Source: Camelus ferus (lineage: Eukaryota). From it: a stretch of DNA of 64,000 nucleotides. Under the pieces are notes generated by a model that was not told where the DNA came from, did not search any database, and was given only the letters and a program-made list of their open reading frames with translations. Positions 11,990-25,109 of this stretch are shown piece after piece (position 1 is the first letter of the stretch; every line of letters starts with the position of its first letter). The stretch spans positions 49,230,001 to 49,294,000 of the forward strand of contig NC_045707.1 of assembly GCF_009834535.1 (NCBI RefSeq). The letters are read 5' to 3'. The translations under genes and the position numbers were made by a program.

Positions 11990-13569
11990 TATGTAGTGCT
12001 TTTCTAATACACAACTGATCTCTTGAAAGGGACAACATCATCCCTGAATAATTATAAACTGAATTACAAGCCCAGATGGTAAAGGTACTGAGATACCAGA
12101 AGACAAGAACAGTCTATATGAAAGTATAGGCTTTATAATCTGATATCAAGAAATATCAAGGCTTCCCTTCCAGCCATTTTATCTTCAGAGAAAGAATTCT
12201 GACACAAGGCATAGGCAAAATGGAGATTCACTAAGGAGCTGATCAGACAAGTATTTGGACCCAAGGCTTTAGCTAGTTATAATGAGTATATATTTACCTT
12301 TATTAAATTAGAGTATTTCTTTGCATATATCAATTAAAGGTATATAATAAATGGCAGGTATTATAGGATTCTGACCATATAGTTTTAGGTACAACCAAAA
12401 TAACTGTATGAGCTGGTGTTAGTGTTATAATTTCTACCAAATAAATTACTACCAAATGACAATCATCTTATACTCAGTTTAGGCACAGATAATACAGTGA
12501 GATACACATGGCTGGCCTCCTGGCTATAAGACACATGCCATGTATGCTCCAGGAGGAGAGGACTTACATCTAACTGCTTCACCACTGGGTATAAAGTGCC
12601 CATCATAGTGCCTGCCTCCTCATGGCTACTCAATAAATCAGTACAAAGTAGATTAGCATTTAATATGGATAACATCATAGTATGGTGCCAGGCACATAGG
12701 AAGTACTCAGTATGTTACAGTGTTGGGTTCATGATTTTCATCCTTATTATAAAGTTAATGATGTTTAGGAAAAGGATTTATATAGAATATTTCTATTCAT
12801 CTACTAATTTCTTCTTTGAGTCAACATATTTACTTAGCACCACAGTAGACCCAGTAGAGTTAGGCAGTACAGATAATTCAGTTAACTTGTAGAGTTAACC
12901 ATAACCCACATCGTACTGAATTTAAATGCAGTCTTTTTATGGGAGCAGATAAGTATAATTTATTAAAGACAATTATAATTTTATGTACATTCTTTCAACT
13001 TTTGTTTAACATAGGCAGCCATGACCATTCTTAAATCTCAAAGGACAAAGTTTAAGATTTCATAAATATTTTTGCTTTACCTAATACCAAAACATTTTGA
13101 TGAGGGCTCATAATTTAGTATGAAGCTTAAACTTAAATAATTTGACCCAAGAAGCCCTTCCTTTCCTCTGGTTAGTCACCCTGTTCTTTTGCTATTGTTG
13201 ATAAACATCAGATAATGGAAAATAGGAACATAGATTCTGTATCCCTTATTCTTATGTGAACACAGAAGCAATGCCTTAACTTTTCAGTTTACCTCACTTA
13301 AGAAAATAATGCTGCCGTTTGAGCTAAATTCTAAGGAAGAAATTACATTACTTCATACATCCAAAACATCATGAATTTTTTGAAAAATTGCCATATAAAC
13401 CACTAAGAAATTTAAAGTTATTTCTAATGAAACTATGACGTGCCACCAACTGTCAACACAAATCACAATTTGTGTTCAAATATGAAATTCAGATCTGAAA
13501 ATTATATTTCACTAATTTGGAAAAAGCAATTTAACCTGAACACAGTTAAAATATCCTCACTGTTGTGAA

Positions 13570-13790
13570 AGTTTTTGAGGAAAAGTAAATTTAGTCATCA
13601 GACACACTTGGATTCAAATTCTTAACCTGTTTTCTTGTTAGTAGTATAACTTCCCTGTGTATCAAGTTTTTAGTGAGCCTCAGATTTTCTTTTCTACAAA
13701 ATGGATATAATTTCAACCTATATTCTATGGTTGGCCTGAAAATTGAATGAAATTATATATGAAAGCATCAAGCACAATACATGGCATAGT
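13570..13790 (+). mobile_element. MIR SINE
   Basis: TGGATTCAAATTC...GTGAGCCTCAGATTTTCTTTTCTACAAAATGG...AGCACAATACATGGCATAGT. Confidence 0.8.
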
Positions 13791-15247
13791 TCATCCCTTT
13801 CTATTATGTGAAAGCTAAAATGAGATGCAGAGTAGAGGTCAGGTGACAATTAATGATTAAGAGGTAATATAGACCAGGACCCAGCTGACCTGGCTCTTCT
13901 TTGTTCCTGGGCTAGTATTTCATCAACACATTTGTCATTATCTCCTAGTATTTATGGGTGCTTCCTGTGCCATGCATGTATTCTCCATTAGTTTTCCTTA
14001 ACTTTACTATTATTTAATACACTTTCTTTTCTATCTTTTTTCCCTCAGATCTGGGCTCTACAGGCTTGTTTGCTTCACAAAATTTCTCTGTTTCATTCCC
14101 TCAGAGCTTGATGATATTTATACATCATCTGCTCGAATTTGCTTTCTTGCCCAGTAACTGTATTTTACCTGTGCTGTTATGAATTTCCTCCAAAGCAGTG
14201 GTATGAATTCCTCCAAATCCTAGGAATTGTCATTTCTGCTCCATATGTTTTAGGTAGACGACAACTTCAGTATCTTTGGTGATAAGTATCTTTTAATTCT
14301 CATAGAATCATATATTTTTCAGTAGACTGGATTTTATTAGGTAATCAATGTCATAAATAATTATTGGCCACCAAATCCCTTTACTCAATTGGTAAGAAAA
14401 CTGATATTCAAAATTTTGTGACTTGTCAAATATTATATAGATATGTGGCTGATCTCTCATGCCTCTAAAACTAAATAGGAAGGATATCAAAATACGAAAA
14501 GGACAAAGAATAAGTAATCTTAACACACATGGCTGGAATCAGTAACAAAAACTAATGCATCCTAAAGCATTTCTACACAGATTTTTTAAAGATGACTTCC
14601 TTGGATAATAGAAAGTGCATCATTTTTAGGAGGCAGTGTAAGGGGAAGACATGTATTGGAAAACATGAAATCTGAATTCTTTTTATAGTGCAATTTTATC
14701 TGTTTCTAGGCAGCAACAGCTCTTTACTCGCCCAAACAATTTCTGCCACAGAATCTACCAAAGCATGCACACACCCATTTGGATTTTCTTTCCCCAATTC
14801 CCAAAGAATTCTCTTTGAGACTACCACAAACCAATTAATGATGAGGGTAAGTCAGCAGTTTAAAACTCTAAATTCATTTAGACACTTTTCAAGTAATATT
14901 TTTCATATAAAAATTAGATTAAAAACCACATTTTACAGTATTAAGCTAAGTCCAGAATTCGTAGAAACAATTGTAAAAATAATTCAACAAATTCCAGATA
15001 GGAGTAAAGGAAGAAATTGCAAAAGAATCCCAAAGACTGGATGACTAAAAGAAGCCAAGGCCCATAGAATTATTGGCTTAGAACAATTTGTTGCTCAAAA
15101 CCCATTACTAAACATTTGTCCAAATGCAGTGAGTTAGTTCTAAATGTTTGTTTATAGAGGGACATTTTATATAATCTTTGGCACACATTTTTTGTTGAAT
15201 TTTGGTTTCTTTATGTAGCAGTGTTCCTGAAATGCAGAGCACATATA

Positions 15248-15731
15248 TGTATGGTCCCCAATTTCTGATGTTTGACTTATGATTTTTCAACTTTAAGATG
15301 GTGTGGAAATAATATGCACTCAGTAGAAACCATACTTTGAATTTTGATCTTTTCCTGAGCTAGCAATATGTGATACGATACTCTCCTGATGCTGAGCAGC
15401 AAGCCACAACTCCCAGTCAGCCATGTGGTCATGAGAGTAAACAACCAATACACTTACAGCTATTCTGTACTCATACCACCATTCTGTTTTCACTTTCAGT
15501 ATAGTATTCAATTGCATGAGCTAATCAACACTTTATTATAAAACAGGCTTTGTGTTAGATGATTTTGCCCAAATGTAGGCTAAGGCAAGGCAGAGCACAT
15601 GTAAGACAGGCTAGGCTAAGCTACAATGTTCAGTAGATTAGGTGCAGTAAATGCATTTTCTTATGCTTATGATATTTTCACTTATGATGGGTTTATTGGG
15701 ACATAACCCCATAAAAATAGAGAAAGATATG
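15248..15731 (-). mobile_element. Tigger5/MER47-type TcMar non-autonomous DNA transposon
   Basis: AGGCTAGGCTAAGCTA...TGATGGGTTTATTGGGACATAACCCCAT is the reverse complement of the MER47 5' end; decayed terminal inverted repeats. Confidence 0.82.
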
Positions 15732-16654
15732 TATTTTTTGTGATTGTTACAGAGAATTATCATTTTAAATTTGTATTTCCTCTTGTGCCAAGAGATCAAG
15801 AAGACAAGTTAATTCAGAGCAGTTTCCTTGTGCTTGAAGAGAAAGAATGCCATTGGTTCTAACATATAATGTTAGCATCCCTGTTCTAGAAAAAGATTAT
15901 AATAAAACAGTGTTTTGGCTTCACAGCAGGACACCCATGTTTTATCAAGTGGTATGCAAGACTAAAACTATGGAAAAAATAATAAGCAAAACTGCAAAAG
16001 GGATGAAAGGAATTCTTAAAAAAACAAAGAAAAGAAAAGAACATTCCTTGCTTTTGACAATGAGGGTTATTATTATTATTTCTGATGGATTGAGATTGGT
16101 CCTGGAAAAAAGTTATCTAGAAGAAACTGAAACAAACAAACATAAAAACAAAAGACAAGTCCACAAAGGAAGTATAGAGCCTAGATTTGCAACCATCAGA
16201 GACGGTTTAATTTAAATAATGGGCAACTGAATAGCTAAATCTGCACACCTTTATTGACTGGGTCATCATAGTATTGTGAATTTGCTAAGGGAAAAGCCTG
16301 TGAGTGACTGTAAATAAAGAGCCAAGAGCTTATGAATCCAGGCCTGCCTTGGCTGAAATGAGCTGGAGGACAGGGTAGCTCTTCCTCCACTGCCTATAGA
16401 TAAGACATAAGGCCTGCCCAGCATGGCAGCAATAATGTCATCACTGAAGCAATGCATGGAACAGAATTGGAACATGTTCATTTGATGACAAATACAGGTT
16501 CTCTAGGACTTTGTAATGAGTACTTGGCACCAGAACAGACACTTTGGACCAAACAAGTGCTACAGACATGAGTACTGTGTCATAGAGCTCAGATGAGTTC
16601 TCACCAATAGGAAGTTTGACACAATAATGGGGGAAGTGGTAAGGTGGGACTTAC

Positions 16655-16657
<3 letters not shown>

Positions 16658-16689
<32 letters not shown>
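16658..16689. repeat. (AC)16 microsatellite
   Basis: Direct reading. Confidence 0.95.
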
Positions 16690-16692
<3 letters not shown>

Positions 16693-17307
16693 TGGCTAAT
16701 TCTCAGGTTATTTCCACTGGCTTCACACTCCAGTGGCAATGATGATAACAGTAATGAGTATAGAATCACTTTGGATTGACCAGATAACTGCTGCTTACAG
16801 CATTTGGGGAACATACCAGAGTGGTGGCTGATTCTGTAGCAACCAACTTCCAGCAGTGCTTGTAGCATCTTCTAGCTTCCATATGAGTTCTAGCTCCATT
16901 CATGAGGCTGAGTGATGAGCATATAATGATGCGAATAAATACCCTGGAGGTCTCAGATTATTACAGAAGTGCTGACCCACTAAAGGAGAGAAAGATAAAG
17001 GAGGGTTAAATTAGTTTTGATTTTAATAATAATAATGATAATCTACAATCTAGAGAATTGGGTCTTATTAATTGCATATTAAATAAGAATGAAAACACTT
17101 CATTATGAGTGGAAAGAAAAACATAAGTAGAGGTAGTATAAATTAATGGGGGAGAAAGTCTGTGAAGTTGTGGGAATTCACATCTAATATTCATCTAATA
17201 TTTATCTAATGATGATCAACTTTCAAGGAGTCAATCTTGATTTCCCAGAATTACTTCTTTTTGGTAAGTTTCAGTCTTGGGTGGGGGATCTAATATTAAT
17301 AAAGCCT

Positions 17308-18060
17308 TTGTGGAGGCAAACTTTTCCTGCTGTCAGGAAGGAAGAAACTTTACTCCTCCCTTCTAGGTTCTTCTGGCTAAATTAAATTTATTGAAGACAG
17401 ATTAACAGGAGAAAAATCAAACAGAAGTTTAATAACCCATATACATGAGAGAGACCCAGGAAAACTGAATAACTGGCCAAAATGGCTAAAACTCTCACCT
17501 TAAATAGTATCTTCAAATAAAGGCATAAGAGGATATTATAAGCAGTGGTTTGGGACTTCAAAGCGGAGGAAGGCAATTCACAGGAAGTTGGAAAAGCAAA
17601 TGTTTGTTAAACAGATGTGTGCTGGGCCATGCAGACCTTGCTAGGTTTCTCCCTGTCTACCACACCTGGTTAACACTACAATATCTGTGGTGATGCTCCT
17701 TTTCTGGAACAGGTCCTCTATCTATATATTCTTTAGGCAGCTAAGGGGGAGATAAAAAGAAAGACTTCCTGAATCTTCTGTTCCTTAAAAATAATCAGCC
17801 TTAATCCCCATGCCAAGGAGACATTTAGGGGTGGTAAGGTTTGCTTCCCTACACTGCAAAAGTCAGACAATAAATATTTTAGGCTTTGTGAGCCAAAAAA
17901 ACTTCTGTTGCTGTCAAATTTGGCCATTTGAGCTTGAAAGTCACCATGGACACTACATGAATGAATAATAATGGCTATGTTTTAATGAAACTTTATTTAC
18001 AAAAGCAAGAAGCAGCTGGATTCAGCATTCCATGTGAGGGCCATAGTTTGTGGACTCTTG
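17308..18060 (+). mobile_element. MER58A (hAT-Charlie) split by a solo LTR
   Basis: GGCAAACTTTTCCTGC joins AAAAGTCAGACAATAAATATTTTAGGCTTTGTGAGCCA...AAACTTTATTTACAAAA...GGGCCATAGTTTG across the LTR. Confidence 0.85.
17331..17853 (-). mobile_element. ERV1 solo LTR, MER34-like
   Basis: Minus strand TGTAGGGAAGCAAACCTTACCACCCCTAAATGTCTCCTTGGCAT...TGACA; 4-bp TSD CTGC at 17327-17330 and 17854-17857. Confidence 0.88.
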
Positions 18061-18134
18061 TGTTAGACTGGTAATGCACATTATATCATAACTATTTGCC
18101 TAACTTTTAAAGAATGCTTTAGCCTTTTTTAAAC

Positions 18135-18500
18135 TGGCATTCATTGAGTTTCTACTATATCCAAGTTATTATGCTTCTGCCTGGAAATAAAAAGAAAAAT
18201 AAGACATTGCTGCTTTTAAGAATCCAACAATTTGAAAAGGAAGAGGGAAACACAAAACCACAAAGCACTATGTCGTAAGTGAAATCATAAAAGCTTTTAC
18301 AGACTAGGAATTCAGAAGAAGAAACAATTAACTTTTCCAAAGTGTCTCAGGGAAATCTTCATTGACAAAATGACATGAACTGAGGATTTTTGGATTAGTT
18401 ACTATTTTCTAAGAAAGTCAAGCAGTCACTTCTAGTAGAGCCAAAAGCATGTAAAAAGGTACTGATAGAGGAAAGTGTATGAATGATTGGCAAAATCAAC
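18135..18500 (-). mobile_element. L2 3' fragment
   Basis: CATTCATTGAGTTTCTACTAT...AATAAGACATTGCTGCTTTTAAGAA pattern. Confidence 0.55.
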
Positions 18501-18914
18501 ATTGTATGTATGTCTATTATCCCAATGTCCTTGGACTATGCTCTATAGATAATTATGTTGAAGACAGTAATAAAAATTATGATGATGGTAAATATTTGCT
18601 GAACACTCACCAGGTTAACTCACAAAAATCAATTTCCTAAAATTTACTTTGTTGCATAATTAACTTTCTGAAATTCTGATTACTGATTTACTGAAAAGTT
18701 TTAAGTGCTTTAACAGGAATATTCAACTTCTGAAACTGAATATATTTAGTATTCATCACTGGATAAGGAAATTTTTTTCAGAACTTTTTGTGACTTCTTT
18801 GTCAATATCTTAATATTTTCTAGCACTTTAAAAACTTTTAAGTATTGTTTATATATCTTCTCATACATACTCATGATTAAAGGTGATCATATTTGAGATA
18901 TATTCTTTATAATA

Positions 18915-19230
18915 CGTGCAAATTATTTACCTGTTGCCTCTCAACTCTAAACCAACCATTCTATACTGTGCTTTGAGATGCAGGCACGGAGGCTCTGTAA
19001 AATACCTTCCTCCTCCCTAAGCCAGCTCCCCATCATGCTGTGGGAGTGGGAGAATGCAAGGGGAGTGAAGAAATAAGGGACTTGTTCTTTCTTGTTTTCT
19101 TTCTGCTTTCTTTCTATTCCTGTCATGGTTGCTTTTTCATCTCAGCAGAATCAGTTATTTCCAGGAACAACACTTGAATCCAGTCTGCTGTTTTTCTAAC
19201 ACCGACCAGAAGTAGACAGTTCAACACTGA
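18915..19230 (+). mobile_element. ERVL LTR fragment (LTR33/LTR41-like)
   Basis: TTGCCTCTCAACTCTAAACCAACCATTCTATACTGTGCTTTGAGATGC resembles the LTR33/41 5' end. Confidence 0.65.
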
Positions 19231-19369
19231 AGCTCTCCTCAAGAAGTGGTACTGTAGCAATGGTTTGTAAACTTACCGGGTTATGAAATTTTGGGGGGAA
19301 ACAATTTATTCAAAACACATTCTGTGAACTATACTTACTCTCAACAACATGATCAATGTATGTTTAATA

Positions 19370-19600
19370 ATAATGTTCACTGAGTGTCTATTATTGGCAG
19401 AATCATTCTAATTCAAAAAATGCCCATGACTATGCAATGAGGCAGGTATTATCGTTATACCAGTTTCACATATTAAAAAATTTAGGACTGAGACAAGAAG
19501 GGTTAGGTGTCTTGCCCCAAATTATTGAGCTCCTAAGTAGCAGAGCTAGGATTCAAATCCAGAATTTGAAAATGTAACTAGCCACTACATTATACTGCCA
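19370..19600 (-). mobile_element. MIR SINE
   Basis: GAGGCAGGTATTATC...GGTTAGGTGTCTTGCCC...GCAGAGCTAGGATTCAAATCCAG. Confidence 0.75.
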
Positions 19601-21889
19601 CTTATATTACTGTAGCTGATTCAACAGAGGTTGAATACCACAAGCAGAGTTATCAATAATTGTTACTTAGCAATAGCTTAGGAAGAAAAACATAATGAGA
19701 CTTTGAGCTAAAGCAGTGGCAATAGGAATAGACAAAAGAGTACAGAGTCAAATAACCAGCAGAGGGGAAATGAGATCTCAGTAACCTATTGGATGTGGAG
19801 GGTAAAGAGGAGAAAATGACAGAACAATTGTATTATCATCACCAGCACCCAAATCTTAGCCATTCATTTAGTTCTCAGATCTGCATGGTACCAGGGGGGT
19901 GGCTGGGCTGGCAGGGTTTTGCTCAGGTGTCTGCCTTTACCTGGAAGGCTGCTGTGAGTTAATTTTGTTGATTTTGGCTAAACTTTCTCCTGTTTCTGGG
20001 GCCTTAGCATGGATCCAGGGATTCCACCATATTGACAAGTGCGGTTTCTACTTCGAATGGCTAGTAGGATATCAAAAACAAGAGAAAGGAGCAAATCTGA
20101 GAGGTAAAATGAACGAAAATATTAGTGCTGATTGGGACATATTAAACTTGAAGTAAGGTAAGTGGAGATATCTCATGGGCATTGAAATTTGGGTCTGAAG
20201 GTTGAGAGAAAAAGAAAACTTCTAGAAATGGGGACATGGAAATTAATAATAAAAGCCATAGGTTTCTGTACTATCATTCATGGAGACTCTGTAGAGCAGA
20301 AGTCAGGACCATCCTGAAACTGGCCAATAATTCTGCTATATTTTACTTCTAGTACCTTAGGTAACCTAGTAATGGCTATCTGTGAAAGGACCATTTAATA
20401 TTATTGGGATTAAATAAGCATGATTGTTATATAGTCTTTCTACATAATTAGATGCATTTGACTCATCTTTCAGGAAAAATAATTTTTTTCTACAGAAGAA
20501 GAAACTAGAGAGAAGAAGCAGAGATAAGATGATCTTCAATTATCAATAGCTATATAAGGGAAACACTAGTGATAGAAGAGACTGAGATTTCATTTGCTTA
20601 GAAACATCTTCCTAACACTGAGGGCATGATGATGGTGTGGACTGATGGAAATCTTTTTGAGCATTTTTGTACTTCAGAGATTCAAGGGAATGTAGTAAGT
20701 AATTTCTTATGGTCTGTACTAGTCCCATCACTCCACAAAACCAATTTAATCATGGACCCTAAGGAATTTGTCTATCACTACTTTGGTGTAATAAATACCA
20801 TATTTAGAGCCCATATTTTAGTAAGCTTTCTTGAATTTCCTAACTTGAAACTGAAGCAGATGATTGAACTTAAAGGTTAATAACAAGCATAAAAACGAAC
20901 ACATATTTTAAGTACATGAAAGCATTTTAATAGTCCTTACCATTATTTCTTGCAATTATATAATCTCTATTTTTGAATAATTAGCATATATACATACCCC
21001 AAACCCTGACACATATTTTGGCATAATGGGAATGATAGCCAAGGGTTTTTCTTTTTTAATTTTCTTATATTTGGCCATCCTCATCAATAATATTCTAGAG
21101 GCATGCATTTGCCTCATAGAGAATCAGAATTGTGCAACATGTATACAAAGGGAAAGAAAGAGTCAAATTCTGGCTTTTGCATCTGGAGTAAAAATTCTTT
21201 GGCCCATATCAAAACAATAATTTTGTAAATCAAGCTATGTTAAGAAAGACAGACCATAAATTCTTTTAACTGCTATAACATAATGACATTTAAGCTTGCC
21301 AACTATATCATGGATTTTGCTACCTCTAAACTAAAGATGGAGGGAATCCAGATCATGACAAAAAGAAAGATCGGTGGGGGAAGCACATTTCTTTGGGCTT
21401 AGACTATTATGTAATAAGAAAGGGAATATGGGAAACAGACAGTTAGAACTGTGTGCCTGACTGCCCTTAGCATGCAGCACAGATTGATGGGAAACCAAGA
21501 GCAAAATACTGTGTGCTTGGCTTTCTACTTGAAACCCTGGGGGGAGACTACCGTGTAGTGTGGCACAGCCCAAACCTGAGGGCTGATGGCCCAGCACAGC
21601 CAAAAGAGGTGTTTGATAGATGAGTATGAAGCAGCACACACAAATCTCCACGATCTGCATATAGTACAGATATGTCATGCTTAAGACAAAGTAGAGGTCT
21701 TCCGGTGGCCAGTGATCAGGACACAGAGGCAAAAGTGCAGAATCTTTGCATCAGAGACAAACAGTAAAGACTATAGACTCCAGTAATAAGAATCAGCATG
21801 ATGCCTGAAAATATCATGTGCACCCCAGTGGCCATTAGTCAGACAAGATTATTTCACTATAAGAAGGAGCCAAGATCAAGAAGTTATGA

Positions 21890-22039
21890 AATATATACAG
21901 GATTTTGTGGTGGCTCACAGCGGAGAATGTGACAACGAATGTATGTATGTTCATGTAGAACTGAAAAATTGTGCTCTACACTGGAATTTGACAACATTGT
22001 AAAATGACTATAACTCAATAAAAAATGTTTATTAAAAGA
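21890..22039 (+). mobile_element. 150-bp L1 3'-UTR insertion, same lineage as the L1 at 35067
   Basis: Near-identical to ~38150-38300; TSD AAGAAGTTATGA (21878-21889) / AAAAAGTCATGA (22040-22051). Confidence 0.9.
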
Positions 22040-22060
22040 AAAAAGTCATGACATGGACCC

Positions 22061-22526
22061 TGTATTAGCCTCCTATTGCTGCTGTAATAAATGACCACAA
22101 TCAATCTATTCCCTTATAGCTTTAGAGGTCAGATGTCCAAAGTGGGTCTCATCGGGCTAAAATCAAGCTATTGACAGGGCTACACGTCACTCTGGAGACT
22201 TCAGATGAGAATCCATTTCCTTGCTCACTACAGCTTCAGGAGACTGGGCACTCTTTGGCTCATGGTCCCTGTCATCTTCATCCTTTTTCACCCTGTGTCA
22301 CTTGGGTACTGACTCTCCTACCTCTCTTCCATTTGTAAGAACCCTCATGATTACACTGGGCCCACCTGGATCATCCTGGATAATCTCTCTACTTCAAAAT
22401 CAGCTGATTAGCAAGCTTAATTCCATCTATAATTGTAATTCCACCTTGTACTGTATTTTAGTTCATTCACAGGTTCTGGGTATTAGAGTATGGGTATTTG
22501 GGGGGGCCCATTATTTTGCCAACTCA
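22061..22526 (-). mobile_element. MaLR LTR (MLT1C-like)
   Basis: TGTATTAGCCTCCTATTGCTGCTGTAATAAATGACCACAA...GATTACACTGGGCCCACCTGGAT...CCATTATTTTGCCAACTCA. Confidence 0.85.
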
Positions 22527-25109
22527 GTGCTGATGAATTTTTTTTTTTTAATCTTTAACTTGACCTGAACGCTTCCCCAGACACCATCTTGGGACAAAAG
22601 AGGGGGAAAAGGAAGTAATATAAAAATCAGACTTTCTCAAAAAGAGAATGAGTCATGACAATGAGAGTGTTTAAAGCTTAAGAGAAATGCCATTGATTGC
22701 CTTGTTTAGAATTTATTTCCCCCTTTGTTCCTCACTGCAGCCACCTCCACTTTCCAATCACTTTCCAACAGGATAGAGGCTCTTGAAGAAGCTTAGATCA
22801 ATTACAAAACAAAGCAGCTATTTTCCTTACACACTGGAGGAGTGGGAGTTAAATTTTTGAATCTGCAACATTACTGTTAACCACAATAATGTCCCTTAAC
22901 AATAACTTTTAAAACATAATAGATTTACTTGACACTACACAGACTATTTAATAAGAAATTCAAGCATTGTTATTTGACAGATGAGGTTCTCATCTGTTAA
23001 CAGACTCGCCCATAAAACGAAATAACAGGAGTTTGAAGTGAGGACAAGAACTCTGAGTCACTGGCCTCTAGCTCAGAGTCACCGTCCTGAGCAAAGGATT
23101 TAAATGAATTACAACTTATATATTTATAATAGATGGTCCTCTTAAATTTTCAGGAAAACTGTCACTTTGTTTACCAGAACTAAACAATAGAGGTGGAAAA
23201 CTAAATGTCAACCAAATCTGTAGCCCACTGCCTAGGCCCTCCACAGATACTTGCTTAAACATATATATGAAACATTGAGGAGAGAAAAGCAAGTTAAGAG
23301 AGAGCTAAGTACATCCTGAGACAATGTCAAAAGAGGTGCATTTAAAGAAAAAAATGTAGAGGTGTTGGCAGTTTTATGAAGTTATTGTGGGTGGAAAGTA
23401 TAAAAGTATTTCAGAAAATAAACCAGAGAGAAAATTTCAAAGTCTAAATCCAAAGAGTGGCACTGAGCTGTGAAATTAAGAAGAGAAATTTCCAGCAGCA
23501 CACAAAAGAGTCAAAGTGGTAGTAATGAGGGCTTATCATTACCCAGGTATGTACCTGAGTACATTAAGGTGATGGAAAGGTAGCTGAAGAGCATCTCTGA
23601 TGCTGGTACAGAGAAAAAAGAGAGTGCCCTTTTCTTTAATTCGCAAATTAACGACACAAAAAGAAAACAGTGTTACTCACTTTTAACCACTTTCCTTCAC
23701 TGCACAAGGACTTTTTCTCAAAATCCATCAAAGGATAGAAAACAGGACCCAGATTCTTAAAGGCCACCAAGGTAAGTAACAGCCAGGGAGAAAGATAGTG
23801 AAAATTATCTTAGAATCCTAAACTAAATTAGAAGCATTCTGAACCGTGATGAGAGAAGGAAAGTATATTCTAGTACTTATGAAGTACAAAACAAAAATTA
23901 TAATGAATAGGTTTTTCTGAGTTCCACTTGTTAGTCATACTCTGCAATGGTTTGAAAGATGTCATTCTGTTTCAACTAATTTGTCCTAGACCTCATGTGG
24001 AAGCCATTATAGAAAGCATTATCTAGTCTTAATTTAATTACCCTCTGAGCACATATTGCTTGTGAGTACTCCAGAATTCTCCAAAGATGGTCCTTCTTCA
24101 GGACCAGTTTTTACATACACACAGTTTAGGTTCAGTGGTTTTACTCACATATCACTATACTCATTTTGTCAAATTTTTGCTGTTTTATCAAGAATTTTAG
24201 TTGACAAGATATCATTCCTATAGCTACCCTATGATCCTTTTATTAATACAATTTGATTATCTAGTGAAAAGATATTCTAGAAGCTTATGCTTTTTTCTTA
24301 GAAAGAATAATGTAAAGTTACATAAAAAGTTTGGAGATTTTTTTCTCTACCCAGAGAATTATTACATATGAAGTACTTTCAAATTAATATATTGTAATAA
24401 ACATAAACAAGGTGATTTAATGTATTATCTATTTTAAAAACTTTCTAACATCTTTTGTTCTCATATTTGCAACTATACATAGATATCTAATAATATCTAA
24501 TATTTTATATAAGCATTAAGCACAATGTCAAGCGCACACACGCACGCACACACACATACACATATACGTGAAAAGAGTGTTGTCTAGGAAGGTTTATAAG
24601 AAAAGAACATTTGAACAAAGACTTGAAGAAAGTGAGTGACTGAGCTGAGGTGGATATCTGGAGCCAGGGCCCTCCAAGCAAAGGGAAAGGCATAGTTCCT
24701 AGTCATAATTGGTGCTCAAGAAATGAATAATTTCTTAACTGTTTAGCTAGCTCAATTCAATCCATGAGTATCTTTTGCTAAGTCCCTCAACCTTTAAATT
24801 TGTTAGGTATAAGTAATAGGAACTGACTGTATCTCTTTTGAAAGCTATGAGAATCAACTCTATGATATATATAAAGCATACCTGGTGGGAGTAATCAGAA
24901 AAAATTCCATGCACTTTCTGCAACCTTTCTATTAGAATGATTCTTTAAATTAAATGCATTTAATCAAGATGAGTGTCTTTTCCCTCAACCAGAGACTAGG
25001 CATTAATATAATTAGTATAGATTCTAATTCCAAGAGCAATTATATGCATTACATAACTTGAAATCCTCTTGCTACATTCACCTAGAAAGATTACCTTAAA
25101 TACAGCAGT

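Larger units (their letters stand above)
21330..22870 (+). mobile_element. Ancient Gypsy-type LTR relic (MamGypLTR-like), interrupted by an L1 fragment and MLT1C; 5' boundary uncertain
   Basis: 3' end AGATCAATTACAAAACAAAGCAGCTATTTTCCTTACACAC...AAATTTTTGAATCTGCAACA resembles MamGypLTR termini. Confidence 0.5.
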
